Notes: a model not told the origin generated them from the sequence alone. Counted from the whole stretch's first letter, positions 12,791-26,661 are shown. The stretch is 63,557 nucleotides of DNA, filler included, from Dicyema japonicum (GCA_011109175.1; 5 parts of 5 records of this genome joined end to end with filler, not necessarily neighbours in it), one strand, 5' to 3'. Translations and numbers: made by a program.

Positions 12791-15700
12791 TCAATCATCA
12801 TTTACTACCCAAAGAATCACTTCATCACTAGAAAAAGTCAACAGAGTCCTTCCATCCAACCCAATTCGTACATCTCTGAGTTGACCTTGATGACATTTAT
12901 TTATCGTTGCAATAACTCCTTCCTTGTAGATTATCAGTTCATCTAACAATATTCCCATATTCAAACCAAACGTTCCGATTACCAGACAGCCACAACTTGT
13001 CGACATGCACGTGGCATAACTCGGAAGAGAAATTTTGAGGATAAATTCTTTTGTTTTATAGTTTACCAACGCAAGTTCAGGCAACTCCGTATAACAACTC
13101 ACAAAGATGGTCAATTCTTTCCACACACGTGCCATACATGGAGGGATTTGATTAGTCTATAATATCGACCACTAGCAAACCGACAAGGATGGGCCCATAA
13201 TCCTAATCATAGAAAGGTGTTCAATCGACTCGCCCAAATCAGAAGAATGAAAAATCCACACATTGACTGTCCGCTCGTTACTGCAACTCACAACAATATT
13301 CCCTTCAATCTACCACTTAATGATAAAACTACAGAGGAATCAAAGTCAGAGATCTTCGAATTATGAGTCTTATTTGTTGAGATCACATTCTCAGTAATCA
13401 AAGAATATATTTTGACTGTTCCATCAACAAATCCAACAAAAACAGCCTTTCCTGCAAAATCATTGGATAATATACCAGACTGGTGGAACTTTAATGTTGA
13501 GACAGGCGATTCCACGCACTCAAATGTTTTCTTGATAGTCCTGGTCTTCATGTTGAATACCCTCAAGCTATAGTCGTCGAAGAGTACAGCCAAAAGATTT
13601 CCTTTCACTGAAAAGACTGCAAATAGCACGTTGTTCTACAATAAAACTAAATATTAACTGATTGGGGGATTGACAACTCCAGTTCAAGTTGGAAGGTATC
13701 CCCCTTGTAGAACCTGATCCTTCCGTCAGTGGAACAAACTGAGAGGACACCCTGAGTGCTACAGGCCGCTTTGATATGAATAGGTGAATCCCTAATACTC
13801 GGTCGTGTTTGTTTGAGTGATGACAAATCTATGACCACTTTATCCCCCAAATCATTTATTAGAGCAGTCTTAATAAAAAAACAACTAATACATATTTAGA
13901 GGAGATAAAAGAAGACACGACTTGGAAGGAAACTCTCGATTTAAACAGGGGAGACTCTGAACCAGAAAGAGGAATACTCCAACTTGCTACTTCTCCTCCA
14001 CAATCAACAGAAATCAATCTACCCCCAACCACACTCAAATTGACTATAATATTCAAGACTTCTTACCAATCTTTTCCACATGAGACCTCCACATGACCAG
14101 TTTAGTATTACTAAAAACAGAATAAACACAAATGTTCCCATCCGAGTATCCACAACAAATAATTGTGTCATTAATGGGGGTAATCGCAGTCAACTCGGAT
14201 TCCTATATTAACCATCACCAATTACATCTTCTTTATGGAAATTCTGTGACTGTAAGCCTCCACTAACAGAGCATGTAATCATTTTAGATCCCTGGGAGAC
14301 TACAACCTGAGTTCCCATAAGACAGCAAGCCAAAATTTCTTGTTCAAAGCAGATTTTAGTAATAAATTCATAAAAGAATTTTCCCGCCTTCAATACATGG
14401 ACTTGTTTGTCCACTGAACACAGAAGTTGTCCCCAATCTGTAGAATATTTCATAACTGTATAGTCTGTAGTTTGACATTATACATGAATCTCGAATCTGT
14501 TCCCAAAAACAAGCCCAGTTATGTCATGGACAATAATCCTCCCTAAAAACAGTGCCGCAAGATATTTGTTATCTTTACTATATGTGAGAGACATAATATT
14601 CTCAGTTCTATCCCCTTCACTAAACAAATTCCGTATAACCGTAAAAGAAGAGTTGTTTCCCACTTTCTATTTGTTCGCAAATGAGCCAATTGTTTTGTGA
14701 GTAAATCACTGTTTCTTTTACCAAAACAATGGAGTGTTTGTAAAAATTTCCAAACTTGACTCCATTTAAAGGTTTAAACTGAAATATCCTAATGTTCTAC
14801 CTTATAGTTTGAAATCTCAGTCTGGACACCGATCGAATGTCTGGGATATTCAGGTGGGAAATCTTTGTTTATCAAATGGTTGTTTTCTGATTCCTGAATT
14901 TCCAAATCAAGACTTTCCTGAATACGAGTTCCTTTCCTAAAGTCAGACATGCATGTGAACGGAGTTTTGTCGGGTCTGATATGGAATTCAGGTGAAATAT
15001 CCCAGAAAATGACTCCATTGTCGACAGTAAAGAGCCTTGTGGAGTCAAATAAGTGCACATATTTAATGTCTCTCGGTTTTACGTCGACTTTCTAACATAA
15101 AAATTCAATAAACCAATAATTCTATGAATTTCCCTTCATTTAACTCAAATAGGATAATAAAGCTTGAGTGAACTATCACGATTTTAGTACCAGTATCATC
15201 AACAGAGGCAACCGTTCTCCCAGAATCTGGCAAAACTGTTGAATCTATCAAATTGCCTTCATATTGATCAATGAGGAGCAAGACATTACTATCCGTGGTC
15301 AGAACAAGAGCATCCTTGCAGAAAAGAAATAACTGAGCATTGAATGGTTTATTCAGGGAGTGACCAAGACTGGTAATATCAACACATAACAGGTTATTCA
15401 TTGTCGACTCCTCAATCACCATAATTGTGTTTGACTTTGTTATATAAGCAATCCTATTGTTGCCACGTGTTAGTGAATATATATATCCATTGAAGTAGTC
15501 ATTCGGTAGAACACTGATTGTTAGTGAACGCTTAATGTTCCACTCAAAATCGTGAACAGCAGTCTTTCCATAGGCTGAGACTGAGCACAGATGTGTTCCT
15601 TCCATGATAAACTGGAGACCGATGATCTTAGAGTTGTGGAAGCTGTCAATAAGTCATTTAAAAACTTTATTTTACGGATATCCCCTTCCTGCCAGTCAAT

Positions 15701-18117
15701 AATATCGACAGAACCATTAGTAAATCCACAGGTTATGATCCTCCCGTTTGGGTGGAAAAGTAAAAGTGAGGAGGTTTTACCCCCAACGTCAACTATAAAT
15801 GCTGGTTTGTCACAATAATTGGTCTCACGAATCTCCCAAACATTAATGGAGAATTCAGTTGCTGTTACTAACAGTTTATTGGCCGCATGCACTGCGGCTG
15901 AGAGTATATTCCCATTTTGGCCACTGATTATGGGGGAATAACACTTTTTCTCTACGTTCAGAACTCCCATTGATCCCTGAACATTATTTAACAAATTACT
16001 GAATCGAAACCCGCGACAACTCTAATCCCATCAGTGGAGAACCTGAGAAGTGAACAAATGCCTTCAGTCTCTGAAAATAATCATAAATTGTTAACCAGCT
16101 TCTATGATGCATTTATCATCGATCCAAACTCTCACGATAGAATCCCCGGAGGCTGTGACCAAATAATTCTCTAAATACTCAACACAAGTGATCCAATTAG
16201 AATTATCTGTTCAACAAAAAATATATACTTTTTATAAGAAATGTTCCACTCTGTCTACGCGGTAAAAGTTTCACCAAAGAAGTGACCTTCAAAGTAGAGG
16301 AATCGACCTCAACAATACTCCCACATTTTGTTCCCACAATTCTGATATATGATAAATAAGGAACATTGTTTTATAGCCATCCTTATCCCTTACTCCACCA
16401 CAAATAGCACTAAACTCCCAATTCATTCCTTTCGAGGACATACTGAGCTGTCCATTCTTCACTAAAAAGCATTTTAATCTGCCAGGGCTGAGCGTTCTAA
16501 GGGATAAAAACAAATGAGACATAATTTTATTAGAGTCGACAACCAAGCCAGTAGCTGCATCAAAACAGTCATCAAATGAGATAAAAGAAATAGTTTTGAT
16601 TGATCTACCAATGTTGTTAATTTGAAGACGGATAATAACCTAATTTGTCAGTAAAACTACCTTTTTACCAAAGTCATCAATTCCAATAGCCATAATCTTA
16701 GATTGGTCAATAAAACTATGTCACTATCAATCACTACCTTAAAGACTCTATGTACGCAGTTTTCACATTAATGGAGGCCTGTAGACGACAACTCCTGAAC
16801 CGCCATAACATAACGAATCCACCAGCAGACCCAACAAGCTGTCTTTCGTCTCTATCGATGGTAATAGCGGTTATCTATCCTCATCAAACTCAATACATTT
16901 CCGTGATCAGACAAAAAGTAACGTCGGTGGTTAGTCTCCAACTCCAGGCAGACGACCACGGAATTTGACGAGAAAACTATTTCTCTATTAATAGAAGCCC
17001 ACGTGACCTAAAATTACATATTTCCAATACATTATTATTATCAATGTTGACAATCCCAAGAGTACCTGCGATGTAGTCTGTGATTTGTCCCCCATATATC
17101 TAATATTTGAACAGAATCTACTTCATAACTCTCTACCATCGAATTTCGCACAGGAGGGTAAAGATGAATAGACTCCTCTCCGCCATTATAGTCACACACT
17201 GGCAAATCAATCTTTGGTGGATGCATCTACATTAAAACGGAGATAACTTTATTCAATGGGAGAGAGTTTTGTGAGATTACGGACTTTTCATTGGGGAAAG
17301 TCTGTCCGACGAAAGAGGGCGGTGCTACAGTGAGAAACAAAAATACGTTGAATTCCGTTATTTTGGTGAACCGAGTCGAAGGGTTCCTGTCTTTTGTTAG
17401 AAGGAAAACGGATAAGCACAAACAAATCCTCCCATTTTTGGCCTGGAATGTGGTGGAAATTCATTCCATTTGGGAGAGGGAGGTAATTACCCCCAAATTC
17501 TGTCATTTTGTAAGTCCCATATGCAATTCCTAATATAATTGGTAATATAACCTGGAATAAATTCAAAATCACTAGAGTAAGCACATTTTACAAATAAATT
17601 TGGATAAAATCTAAGCGAATTGACTAGAATGAAGGTTTTGTTCATATAAACTGACATGATTTGCACTAAATCCAACTGGAGAAGTGTCCAACGTGGATTT
17701 TTGTATGACAAAGCTAAACTAACATGGATTAACAACCTGGGTCTTGCCTAGTCGAATTAAATGCTGTAAATGGAAATTCTAGAGAATTTGTTGACTTTGT
17801 AAAGTGTTTGGTTGAATTTGATAAATGAATCCTCACGACAGAGTCATCACTCGTGGTCACCTCAACGTAAAATGAAAATTTTTTGTTTTTCATTATTTTT
17901 ATTTGTAAATATAAAAATCGTCCTGAAAGATTGACTCCCCCAGGTTTGGAAATGTCAATGAAGCCTCCCCCATTGGAAGTAAGGGCATAAACTTTGCACT
18001 TTAGTTGATGATCCTTATAAATGTAGGGGGAATCATTAAAATGACAATATTTGAATATATCTGTGTATGAAATACAACATTCTTGAATTAACTTTTTGAT
18101 CAACCTTTATTCTTCAT
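12791..18117 (-). CDS. WDR90: WD repeat-containing protein 90 (POC16), centriole scaffold protein, many micro-introns
   Basis: N-terminal CFA20 domain (LSGRFLYLQ..VRIHLSN..RWTLLQLDL..WEDLFVLIRFPS) followed by many WD40 repeats. Introns include 18082-18104, 17714-17736 and 17530-17551. The middle exon structure is not fully resolved. Confidence 0.85.
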
Positions 18118-18184
18118 TTGATTCCTTGGATATTATTTTATATTTTAAATATTATAAAATAACACAGTTAATTTAATTAATTAA

Positions 18185-19930
18185 GTGATCTCTAAGGCCT
18201 GGCTTGATAATTTAGCCGCGTGGCGCCATGTGGTGATTCGTGCAGGGTGGTTTCGGGAATAGGAATTGGAGAGGGGGTGATGTACACACTTTTCATAGGA
18301 CACGTCGTGGCTGTGTAATGTTGTGAGTTGCACTGCCTGCACAGGGTAACTAATCCCTTTCCATTTTGTCGGATAAGGTCTTCAAGTGATGAGGGTATTA
18401 GTTTTTCTAGTTTCCCGAGACTACTAATAGTAGTGGCTGTTAAGGCCTGAATGTCACGGATTCTTTGTTTGTTCGTCCAGGACAGATTGATTCCACATGA
18501 CGTACAGGCATAGCTGACAGATGGCTCAATGAATTACTTGTACAATAATTTCAAAGCTGGGAAAGGGGTTTTAATGCCATCAAAAATAGATTTGATTATC
18601 CCTAGCTTTCTTGAGAAGCTTCCGAGATGCCGTCGAAGTGAGATGAAAAGGTCATGTGTGTGTCGAAGGTGATCCCCAAGATTTTCAGTTTCTTTGTGAA
18701 AGGTATTTTTGTCTTGATAAATATATCCACTGTCATTTGGTAAATAAAGACAAAGAAGATTTTTCAGTAGATATATCAAGCCGGTTATAATTTAGCCAAA
18801 TTTTAATCTTGTGAAGGTATTCTTATAGTCTTTCTGATGCCTTTAGGAGATTTTGATCGCGGAATCCGACTAATAGGTCATCAGCATATAATAGGAGGGA
18901 ATCGTCTTTATTATCGGGTTGTGGTAATTCAGACATGTTTAAGTTAAATAAGGCAGGTGATAAAGGGGAACCTTGTGGGACCATGTATACCAGGGCCCTT
19001 CTTCTATTGATGAAGTTAGCAAGCCAGAGTTTTGCATTTGGGTAGACGGAGAGACCAAACAATTTCCGGGTTAGGATTTTCCTGGAGACAGAGTCGAGGG
19101 CCTTTTGTAAATCGATCGATAAACGACTGTTTTGAGGTGGTGAGGATTTGTGTTAAAGCCTTCAAGCATAAATTGGTTGAGGGCAGTGAGGTGAGTAGAA
19201 GTTGAATAACCCCTTCTGGATCCATGTTGTGAGAATGAAAAAGGAAGGGACAGGGTTATAAGATTAAAAATCATTTTTTCCAATAATTTTGAGTGCATAG
19301 TAAAGAAATTGGTTGAAATGAAGCAGGATTGTCCTTAGGTTCCTAGGCTAAGGATTGGGCGTATATAGGACAGTTTCCAAATAGTTGGAGTTGTATTCAT
19401 GTTTATTGAATAGTTGAAAATCACTGTGATTGCATCAATCGCAATAGGTCCAAGGTGTTTTAGTAAAATACCAGGGATAGAAACAGGCTTACATGAGAGG
19501 AAAGAATTCATCCTCTTCCCTCACTGACATCTGAATGTGAGATAAAATTAATCGGCTTGGTTCTCTTCGGTCTCATTAATGATAAAGAAAGTCCATCTGT
19601 TTTCCTGAAAGGATTGTGGCTTATACAGCCTTAATATTTCATAAGTTTGTTAAGACTACTGTCTTTTGTCTGTTAAAATATCCTTTTGGGCCAAATTGTT
19701 TAATTTCTCTCCATATCGTCTGAGCAGATTTCGGAAAAGAAAAGATACTAGTTTGTCCCAATTGTTGGCTTCATCTCTTCTAATCCTTTTTGATATTTCG
19801 TCATTGAGAGTTTTTGCTTGATTTTTCTGTCCGGGAAGGTACGTGTCTTTTCATGCGATTCCCTTCTTTAATTAATGATTTGGTGTTCTGATCGAATTTT
19901 TAATTGTAGAATTTAAATAATCCGTAACAC
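18185..19930 (-). mobile_element. Decayed I/Jockey-group LINE
   Basis: VPQGSPLSPALFNL, YADDL and QHGSRRGYSTSTHL in fragmented ORFs. Confidence 0.8.
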
Positions 19931-20072
19931 TGTTTTTACAGCCTCTCCAAATTGTCGTATATTTTGAATCGACTTTGTATGTCAAAAAGTTATAGTAAAA
20001 ACATTATGGACTAACCGACAATACAGATATTGAATATGGTAGGTATTTGAAGAACTAACAAAGTAAATCATA

Positions 20073-20172
20073 NNNNNNNNNNNNNNNNNNNNNNNNNNNN
20101 NNNNNNNNNNNNNNNNTTAATTAATTAANNNNNNNNNNNNNNNNNNNNNNNNNNNNNNNNNNNNNNNNNNNN
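20073..20172. other. Assembly linker gap N44-TTAATTAATTAA-N44 (also ~26323, ~56722, ~61645)
   Basis: Identical 100-nt structure with an all-frame stop palindrome at four sites. Confidence 0.9.
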
Positions 20173-20450
20173 GTCAACCTCGTTTAACTAATCATATTTG
20201 TCTATTGAAATTAATTTATGCTGTGTTAAGCTGTTAGCTTCTCCATGAAGAACTTTCTTGATATGTTATCCATAGTTTCACAGTTTTCCCATTTTTCAAG
20301 ATTTTTAAGAATTTATGAAAGTGTTGAAATTCCCAAATAAAGGTTCATTTTTATTTCACAGATATGGGATAATTCTCTGAGAGTCATTTTGGTTTATTTT
20401 TTTCACAAATCTTTCTTTTCTGAACAATAGAAATTTCAGTCCTCTTTTTA

Positions 20451-20623
20451 TTATCATTATTATTACCCCCAGGATCACTGGGTCAAAAAGAAAGAAATAA
20501 AAGTTCTCATCTAACTAAGTGATCCCAGAACGACAAAGGAGAGGACGAGTCCGCGGGGTCGAGAATCCTGAACAGCTCTTCTCATTGGACATGGCATCGG
20601 CTCAAAATTTTCTGTATGATTGT
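20451..20623 (-). mobile_element. 5'-truncated LINE 3' end with target-site duplication
   Basis: Matches the 3' UTR of the 6170 LINE; flanked by AGTCCTCTTT(T/C)TA at 20438-20450 and 20624-20636. Confidence 0.85.
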
Positions 20624-20680
20624 AGTCCTCTTTCTAACCATGTGGTACTGTTAAATTTAAATTTTAAATTAATTCAAATG

Positions 20681-20872
20681 TACAATAAAAACAAAATAAA
20701 TTAATCCGAAATTTTTAACAATTGTCTTTCGGATTGCGGATTTTTTTTCGGTTTATTGAAGCTTGTTTGTATGGAATCTTCGTAAAGTTTGCTGATCAAA
20801 AAATTAGGATTATTGAAGTTATCGGATTATTGAAGTTCGGATATAAGTTCGGATTAATAGGGGTTAATTGTA
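20681..20872. mobile_element. Degenerate pogo/Tc1-like MITE
   Basis: Imperfect TIRs TACAAT..ATTAATCCGAA / TTCGGATTAAT..ATTGTA and internal TCGGAT repeats. Confidence 0.35.
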
Positions 20873-20944
20873 ATTATTTTAATCACGTGTTGGAGACATT
20901 AAATTTATCTTATTAATCCTTTATTCTAACGTTAATGCTAATTT

Positions 20945-22298
20945 TATATGACTATTTATTGAAGAATAAAACCAAATAGTTAAAGGCTACTGGCTTCTCT
21001 CAGGATTGAGAGCGCATTTCCCCTTACGATCTGTAAGGAGATGCGCTCAATGAGCCAGCCCTTCTCTCTGACATCCCTCCTCTTTTTAGCGACTAACGAT
21101 CCAATTTTGTTGAGCAGGGCTAACGACCTGCTTCCTATGACTCCCGAAGTTTCGACTGCGACTGGTTCAAATGTGTACTGCTCGCCGAGGCATGTGTACT
21201 TCTTTGCTTTAAGTATTTCTGCTTTCTCTGCAGCTGAGCCTGGATTTGTCGCACTCATTGTAATATTGGAAGGGGAGAAGCTATCTACGCAGGTGGCATC
21301 CCAGGCCAGGTACTTCCCAGCATCCCACGGGAACAGAGTCGCTCCATCCGGCCTTCTGTTTGCCGTGGCAAGTCCTAGGGGCTCCATCTGGACAGGGAAT
21401 CCGGCAGCTTCTAGTCCCCACGCAATAACCTTGTTGATTGCACTATGTCTCAGGCTCCTTCCAGCGCTCCTTCGGCAGGAAAGTGCGTGGAGTCCTTTCG
21501 CGTCGACTATTCCTCCACATCTACAGCGATGGATTGCGCAAACATCGATTCCGAGGCGGACGCAAACCCCAATCTTCGTGGAGTCATCGTTCAGAAAAGT
21601 TCCGAGTGAAATGCACGGGAATGCTTTGAGCCATGCACCACTTACGTTTGTTGATGCGGTAGCCAGACAAGCCAGACGATGCTGGTCGAGTTGTGGTTTT
21701 TGCTCATCAATAATCCTCGAACATACAAGTTCGTTCCAGTCTTGTTGTTTGTTGAAGTTGAAGTTCTTCGGGAGTCCCAAATTAAGTCCAATCCAAACAT
21801 CGTAAGCCATGCATGCCATTGGTTCAGTGTCCGATCCGTTAATGTAGCGTAGGATCTGGTGAACTAGACCACGGGAAGCATATGTCGAAGACAGAAAGGC
21901 TGGGAGGGCGAGTTCAAGTGGCGAGCGTATCCCAATTCTCCATAACGAAGTGGTAACTTGCATTGGGTCCACCCTGCTTTATCCAGAGAGATGTTAAGTG
22001 TTTCTTCAACAGAGGTCCTCAGCTTCTCATCGATAACTCTCAAGAAATCCATGTCTGTGAAACATGGGGATGTCCGTAGAAAAAAAAGGAGTTGTGGTGT
22101 AAGGTGAAAATTTTATATGACTAAACCTGATCTAAGAAAACTTGATCTGCGGCGGGATGGTGCTGTTCTGCGTCTACATAGCTGACTAATCGAAAGAGTT
22201 TCATATTCTTCACCAGTGGAAGGTAACAGGATCTCTATCTACTAAGAATGACTCATCGGCTCACAGGTGGGATCTGTTTGACGAGAATTGGCCTTCGC
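20945..22298 (-). mobile_element. CRE-clade RLE non-LTR retrotransposon, 3' part with long open ORF
   Basis: ORF 20980-21972 has CRCG..HALSC zinc finger, RHSAIN, RRPDGATLFPW..LAWDATC, EPVAVETSG and ISLQIVRGNA. Confidence 0.9.
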
Positions 22299-23010
22299 NN
22301 NNNNNNNNNNNNNNNNNNNNNNNNNNNNNNNNNNNNNNNNNNNNNNNNNNNNNNNNNNNNNNNNNNNNNNNNNNNNNNNNNNNNNNNNNNNNNNNNNNNN
22401 NNNNNNNNNNNNNNNNNNNNNNNNNNNNNNNNNNNNNNNNNNNNNNNNNNNNNNNNNNNNNNNNNNNNNNNNNNNNNNNNNNNNNNNNNNNNNNNNNNNN
22501 NNNNNNNNNNNNNNNNNNNNNNNNNNNNNNNNNNNNNNNNNNNNNNNNNNNNNNNNNNNNNNNNNNNNNNNNNNNNNNNNNNNNNNNNNNNNNNNNNNNN
22601 NNNNNNNNNNNNNNNNNNNNNNNNNNNNNNNNNNNNNNNNNNNNNNNNNNNNNNNNNNNNNNNNNNNNNNNNNNNNNNNNNNNNNNNNNNNNNNNNNNNN
22701 NNNNNNNNNNNNNNNNNNNNNNNNNNNNNNNNNNNNNNNNNNNNNNNNNNNNNNNNNNNNNNNNNNNNNNNNNNNNNNNNNNNNNNNNNNNNNNNNNNNN
22801 NNNNNNNNNNNNNNNNNNNNNNNNNNNNNNNNNNNNNNNNNNNNNNNNNNNNNNNNNNNNNNNNNNNNNNNNNNNNNNNNNNNNNNNNNNNNNNNNNNNN
22901 NNNNNNNNNNNNNNNNNNNNNNNNNNNNNNNNNNNNNNNNNNNNNNNNNNNNNNNNNNNNNNNNNNNNNNNNNNNNNNNNNNNNNNNNNNNNNNNNNNNN
23001 NNNNNNNNNT

Positions 23011-23345
23011 GACAGCTTTTCCCAGTCGAAACTTTTGAGGTCGGCAATGAAAGCGGGAGAGGCCGCCCGTTTATATGAAAACTCAAAAATAAAGAAATAC
23101 AGCAGTCTCCTAAACCGTTTCCATGTGCGGCCAGTGGTCGTCGAGACGAGGGTTTTAGAAAAATTAGAGGGGAGTCTTTGGCCCCAAGACGGTCTCTTTC
23201 CTTAGAGCACTTTGGTGTCTATTGAACAAAGCCTCGAGGGAGTGTCGGGAAACCAAGTGGCTTTTCCAAAGGATATCCCTGGCAGTAGTCAGAAGTAACA
23301 GCCACTCGATCACATCCGCTGGACTCAGTAATGAACTACTCATGT
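23011..23345 (+). mobile_element. CRE remnant (endonuclease C-terminus)
   Basis: KKYSSL..PVVVETR, KWLFQRISLAVVRSN. Confidence 0.75.
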
Positions 23346-24299
23346 TTTTCAATAATAAATTTTTGACTTTAATTGACAAAATTGCCCTAGTAATCATATA
23401 ATTTCCAGACACATTAGAATTTAGTTTCCGACTGCATGGTCACAAACTGGATGACTCCTTCCACATCATAATCCTATATAACAATATATACAACAGGACG
23501 GAGACAATTCATTAACACGAATAACCTTCGAAATGTAGCTGGTCACTTTAATGGTCAACAAAGAGAGTTCCAAACGTTCATGTACAAGCAATTCATTAAG
23601 ATGACACTGAATTATCTCCCCAACGTGGGCTTTACGCATATCACCCTCAACTGTTTCTAACTGGCCTGGATTACCAGGAATCGACGTGAAAGTAATGTAG
23701 CTCAGAGAGTATCCTGTCTTTTAACGGTAGCCAATTTTCTATGTTAGCGACACTGTAGTTAACACTTTAATTTATAGCAATTGGATGCCCTAATTATTAT
23801 TGATCGATTAGAAGTGACTCGTAATTATCAATTCTCTTTAGGTTTGCTACTTTCCACACTGGCTACTTAGTCAAATATTTATCTTAGATCCACCGTACCT
23901 TCTATTCTTTTTTTGAGTGGTATTCTGACATCAACTTGTCTCAAATAATGCATAGAGTAGGAGTGGCATAAAAAATTATTCTTGATCAATAAAATTAATT
24001 TTTAAGATTAAAAAACGAACTAAAGATCTTTCCCGTCGGATCGGCACATTGTTCCAAAGGGTCACCAAAATCCACGGGAGACAGGAAGGCTTCGAGAGCG
24101 TATCTCAATATCTATCGTCTGAGAAAAGAGAGCCGTATTAGCTACCTAATTTTTAATTTCTAAAATCACTTAATAAATTTGAAAAAAACAACAAAAAAAT
24201 TATGGTGACATTGTTATTATCAAGGCACTTTCACGAAAGCCATAATGTTTATTGTCCCGAATATGCAACACTCAAAACAATATTTAGCATTAATTTTTT

Positions 24300-24520
24300 T
24301 TATTTTCTTCTTTCGAATGCAGACCATCTTAATTCGTCTAGATCATCCCCAGTTTTTAGCTTTTTTCACCTGGTTTAGATCTTTGTTTAAGATAATCGGC
24401 TGTGTCGTCCGCGGAAAGGTTTGTCGCAACTGTCAAAAAATCTTCAATCGCTCTGTTAGCAGGTGCGTCCGGTACATTCGTAATACATGTCCGAATAGCT
24501 CTACTGGGCATCTATCACAT
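24300..24520 (-). mobile_element. RTE-like LINE 3' remnant
   Basis: Minus-strand LFGHVLRM..DAPANRA..FRGR. Confidence 0.55.
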
Positions 24521-26446
24521 CATTTCTGATGTAATAACACATAGACTTGTTGTAAATACCACTGGTTGATCTTCTACGTGGCCATCCATTCTGAGTAAGC
24601 TTCTTATTTGCCTTTTACCACTGGTAAAGGATCTGAAACAAGTCTTCCTCGTCTTGGTCAAGAAAATACGATTTTTGTCAATAAAAACAAATGACCTTCG
24701 TCAACATTAACAATGTTTGAGCATAGTCAAACCTACTTTCAATAGTTTTAGTTTTACTGGTTTTCTCCATTCAGGCTTAGCGATCCCCGTTTTCAATGTA
24801 TAATGAAAGTCCATTAAGCATTTATGAATTTTGCTGAGGCTATGGAAAACCTATTCTGGTAATTTCTAACCAATTGATTTGGTGTAATAGTTTCATCCTT
24901 CATCCTCCAAACACTTAACGCATTGTTTTCGTCCTGCAATAAGTTTCGTCTTACTATCACCACGATAACTTGAAGTGAAACACATTTTGTTTTAGAAAAA
25001 TTTAGAAAAAAATTTCTAAAACAGTGGCTCGTCGAAGATTCATCATTGAAACAATAATTGTATTGTGACAATCACTTTTGGGTCAACTCGTCAGGAATGT
25101 TCCTTCTCATAGGTGGTTTTCCTGTTTTCTTTCAATTTGATTACATGCCACAGGGATTTTTTTAAATAAAAAAATGTTTTTTACGACGTTTTCTAAAATT
25201 TCATAAGTTAATGATGTTTTTGTAGTAAAAAATATTTACCATTATCCAAAGCAATTGACGGAGAAACCCTAAATAGATATGATTATGAAAAATATGGAAA
25301 AAACAGAACCCACTGGTTTTAGACTGTAAATCCAAAAAAACGATGTTTCATTATTTTTTTAGATTTCTGCCAAATTTTTATTACAGCCTCCCAAATTTCA
25401 ATTACATTTAGTTTGTGTCAAAATGTGCATGAATATATGTTGCGGTTGAAGTCGAAATTGAGGTTGCTAATCAAGCAAAGTTTTTTATTGAACCGCAAAA
25501 ATTCTTTATCATTTTATCTAAAATTGCCACTATACTAAGCATGATTCAAATATGATAGCAAACTGATGAGATAATTATTATAGTGTAGATTCGCAATTGA
25601 AAGTTATACCCGTCCCGTCGCTTGTCCCATCCCTCTGATGATCCGACTGTTAGACTCCTCCACTCTCTTCTGGAGATTTCGATTTTCGGGGGCTGTCTAT
25701 ATCATCTGAGACTTCTAATGCCACTTTAATATGAATGATGTTCATTATTGATAACAAGGCTGTCTGTGGCTTCCGTGGACAAACCCCTGAGCAGAGAAGT
25801 ATGATTCCATAATATCGTAGGGTGGAACGACATGATTCATCTTTAATATGTGACATGTAATACCCATTAGGTCTAAAAAAATTACATTCAAGTGCTTCGA
25901 TTTACACACTTGTATAGGTCTGGTTTTTGATAAGTACAATTTCTGCAGGACGTGTGTTAGAGATATGTGTGATTGAGGAGCCGCACCACCTCACACAATT
26001 ATGAGATAAATTTAATTTATTATTTTACATTAAAATTTTAAAATATTAACATTAAGTATTTTAGATTTAATATTTTTATAATTGCGCATGAATTATACAA
26101 TTTAATATATAAATGTGTATGGCCTCTCTCCATCCAACCTTGCAATAAGAAAAACTCAATCAGAATATCCTCGGAAAAGACTGAGACTCTAAAGAAAAAG
26201 AATTACAAAAGTCTTAGTGGACAGTTCATTTTCGACTAGTCACCTGAAAACTTATTATTGAGCACAAAGTTTCATCAAAAAATAAAAAAATGATAGCATT
26301 AAGTGTACATGAGCTATGCGGTNNNNNNNNNNNNNNNNNNNNNNNNNNNNNNNNNNNNNNNNNNNNTTAATTAATTAANNNNNNNNNNNNNNNNNNNNNN
26401 NNNNNNNNNNNNNNNNNNNNNNTCTAACTCAGTTTTTTAATTACTA

Positions 26447-26661
26447 ATGAACTCAACAGAAGAAAAAGAGACGCCCAGGATGATCAGTTATGTAGGTCAT
26501 TTCCATTTTGAGAAAATTGAGTTTCTTACAACGGAAACTGTAAAGTCGAAAGCACAGGACGCACATGCGTACTCGACTTTGAAAGTTGATTCTATGGAAG
26601 AACTGAAAATCCCTCCGGCGGTTAATACAGACAAAATGACTATTTCAGTTTACGAAACCAG
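26447..26661 (+). CDS. Gene fragment between gaps (unknown, weakly C2-domain-like)
   Basis: ATG after an AT-rich stretch, a candidate 21-nt in-frame intron (gtaggtcatttccattttgag) and a GT donor at the ORF end before the gap. Confidence 0.3.

Noticed and set aside
20117-20128. TTAATTAATTAA palindrome recurring four times between N runs
   Set aside because: Artificial contig linker with stops in all frames; adjacency across these gaps is uncertain.
21041-21805. Long antisense ORFs over RT genes and ORFs spanning N runs
   Set aside because: Shadow frames of TE ORFs or gap artefacts.
23430-25150. Possible Tc1/IS630-like relics (QQDG, IVNVDEG) and a CGGBP/hAT-like relic at 27990-28480
   Set aside because: Too degraded to assign without a profile search.
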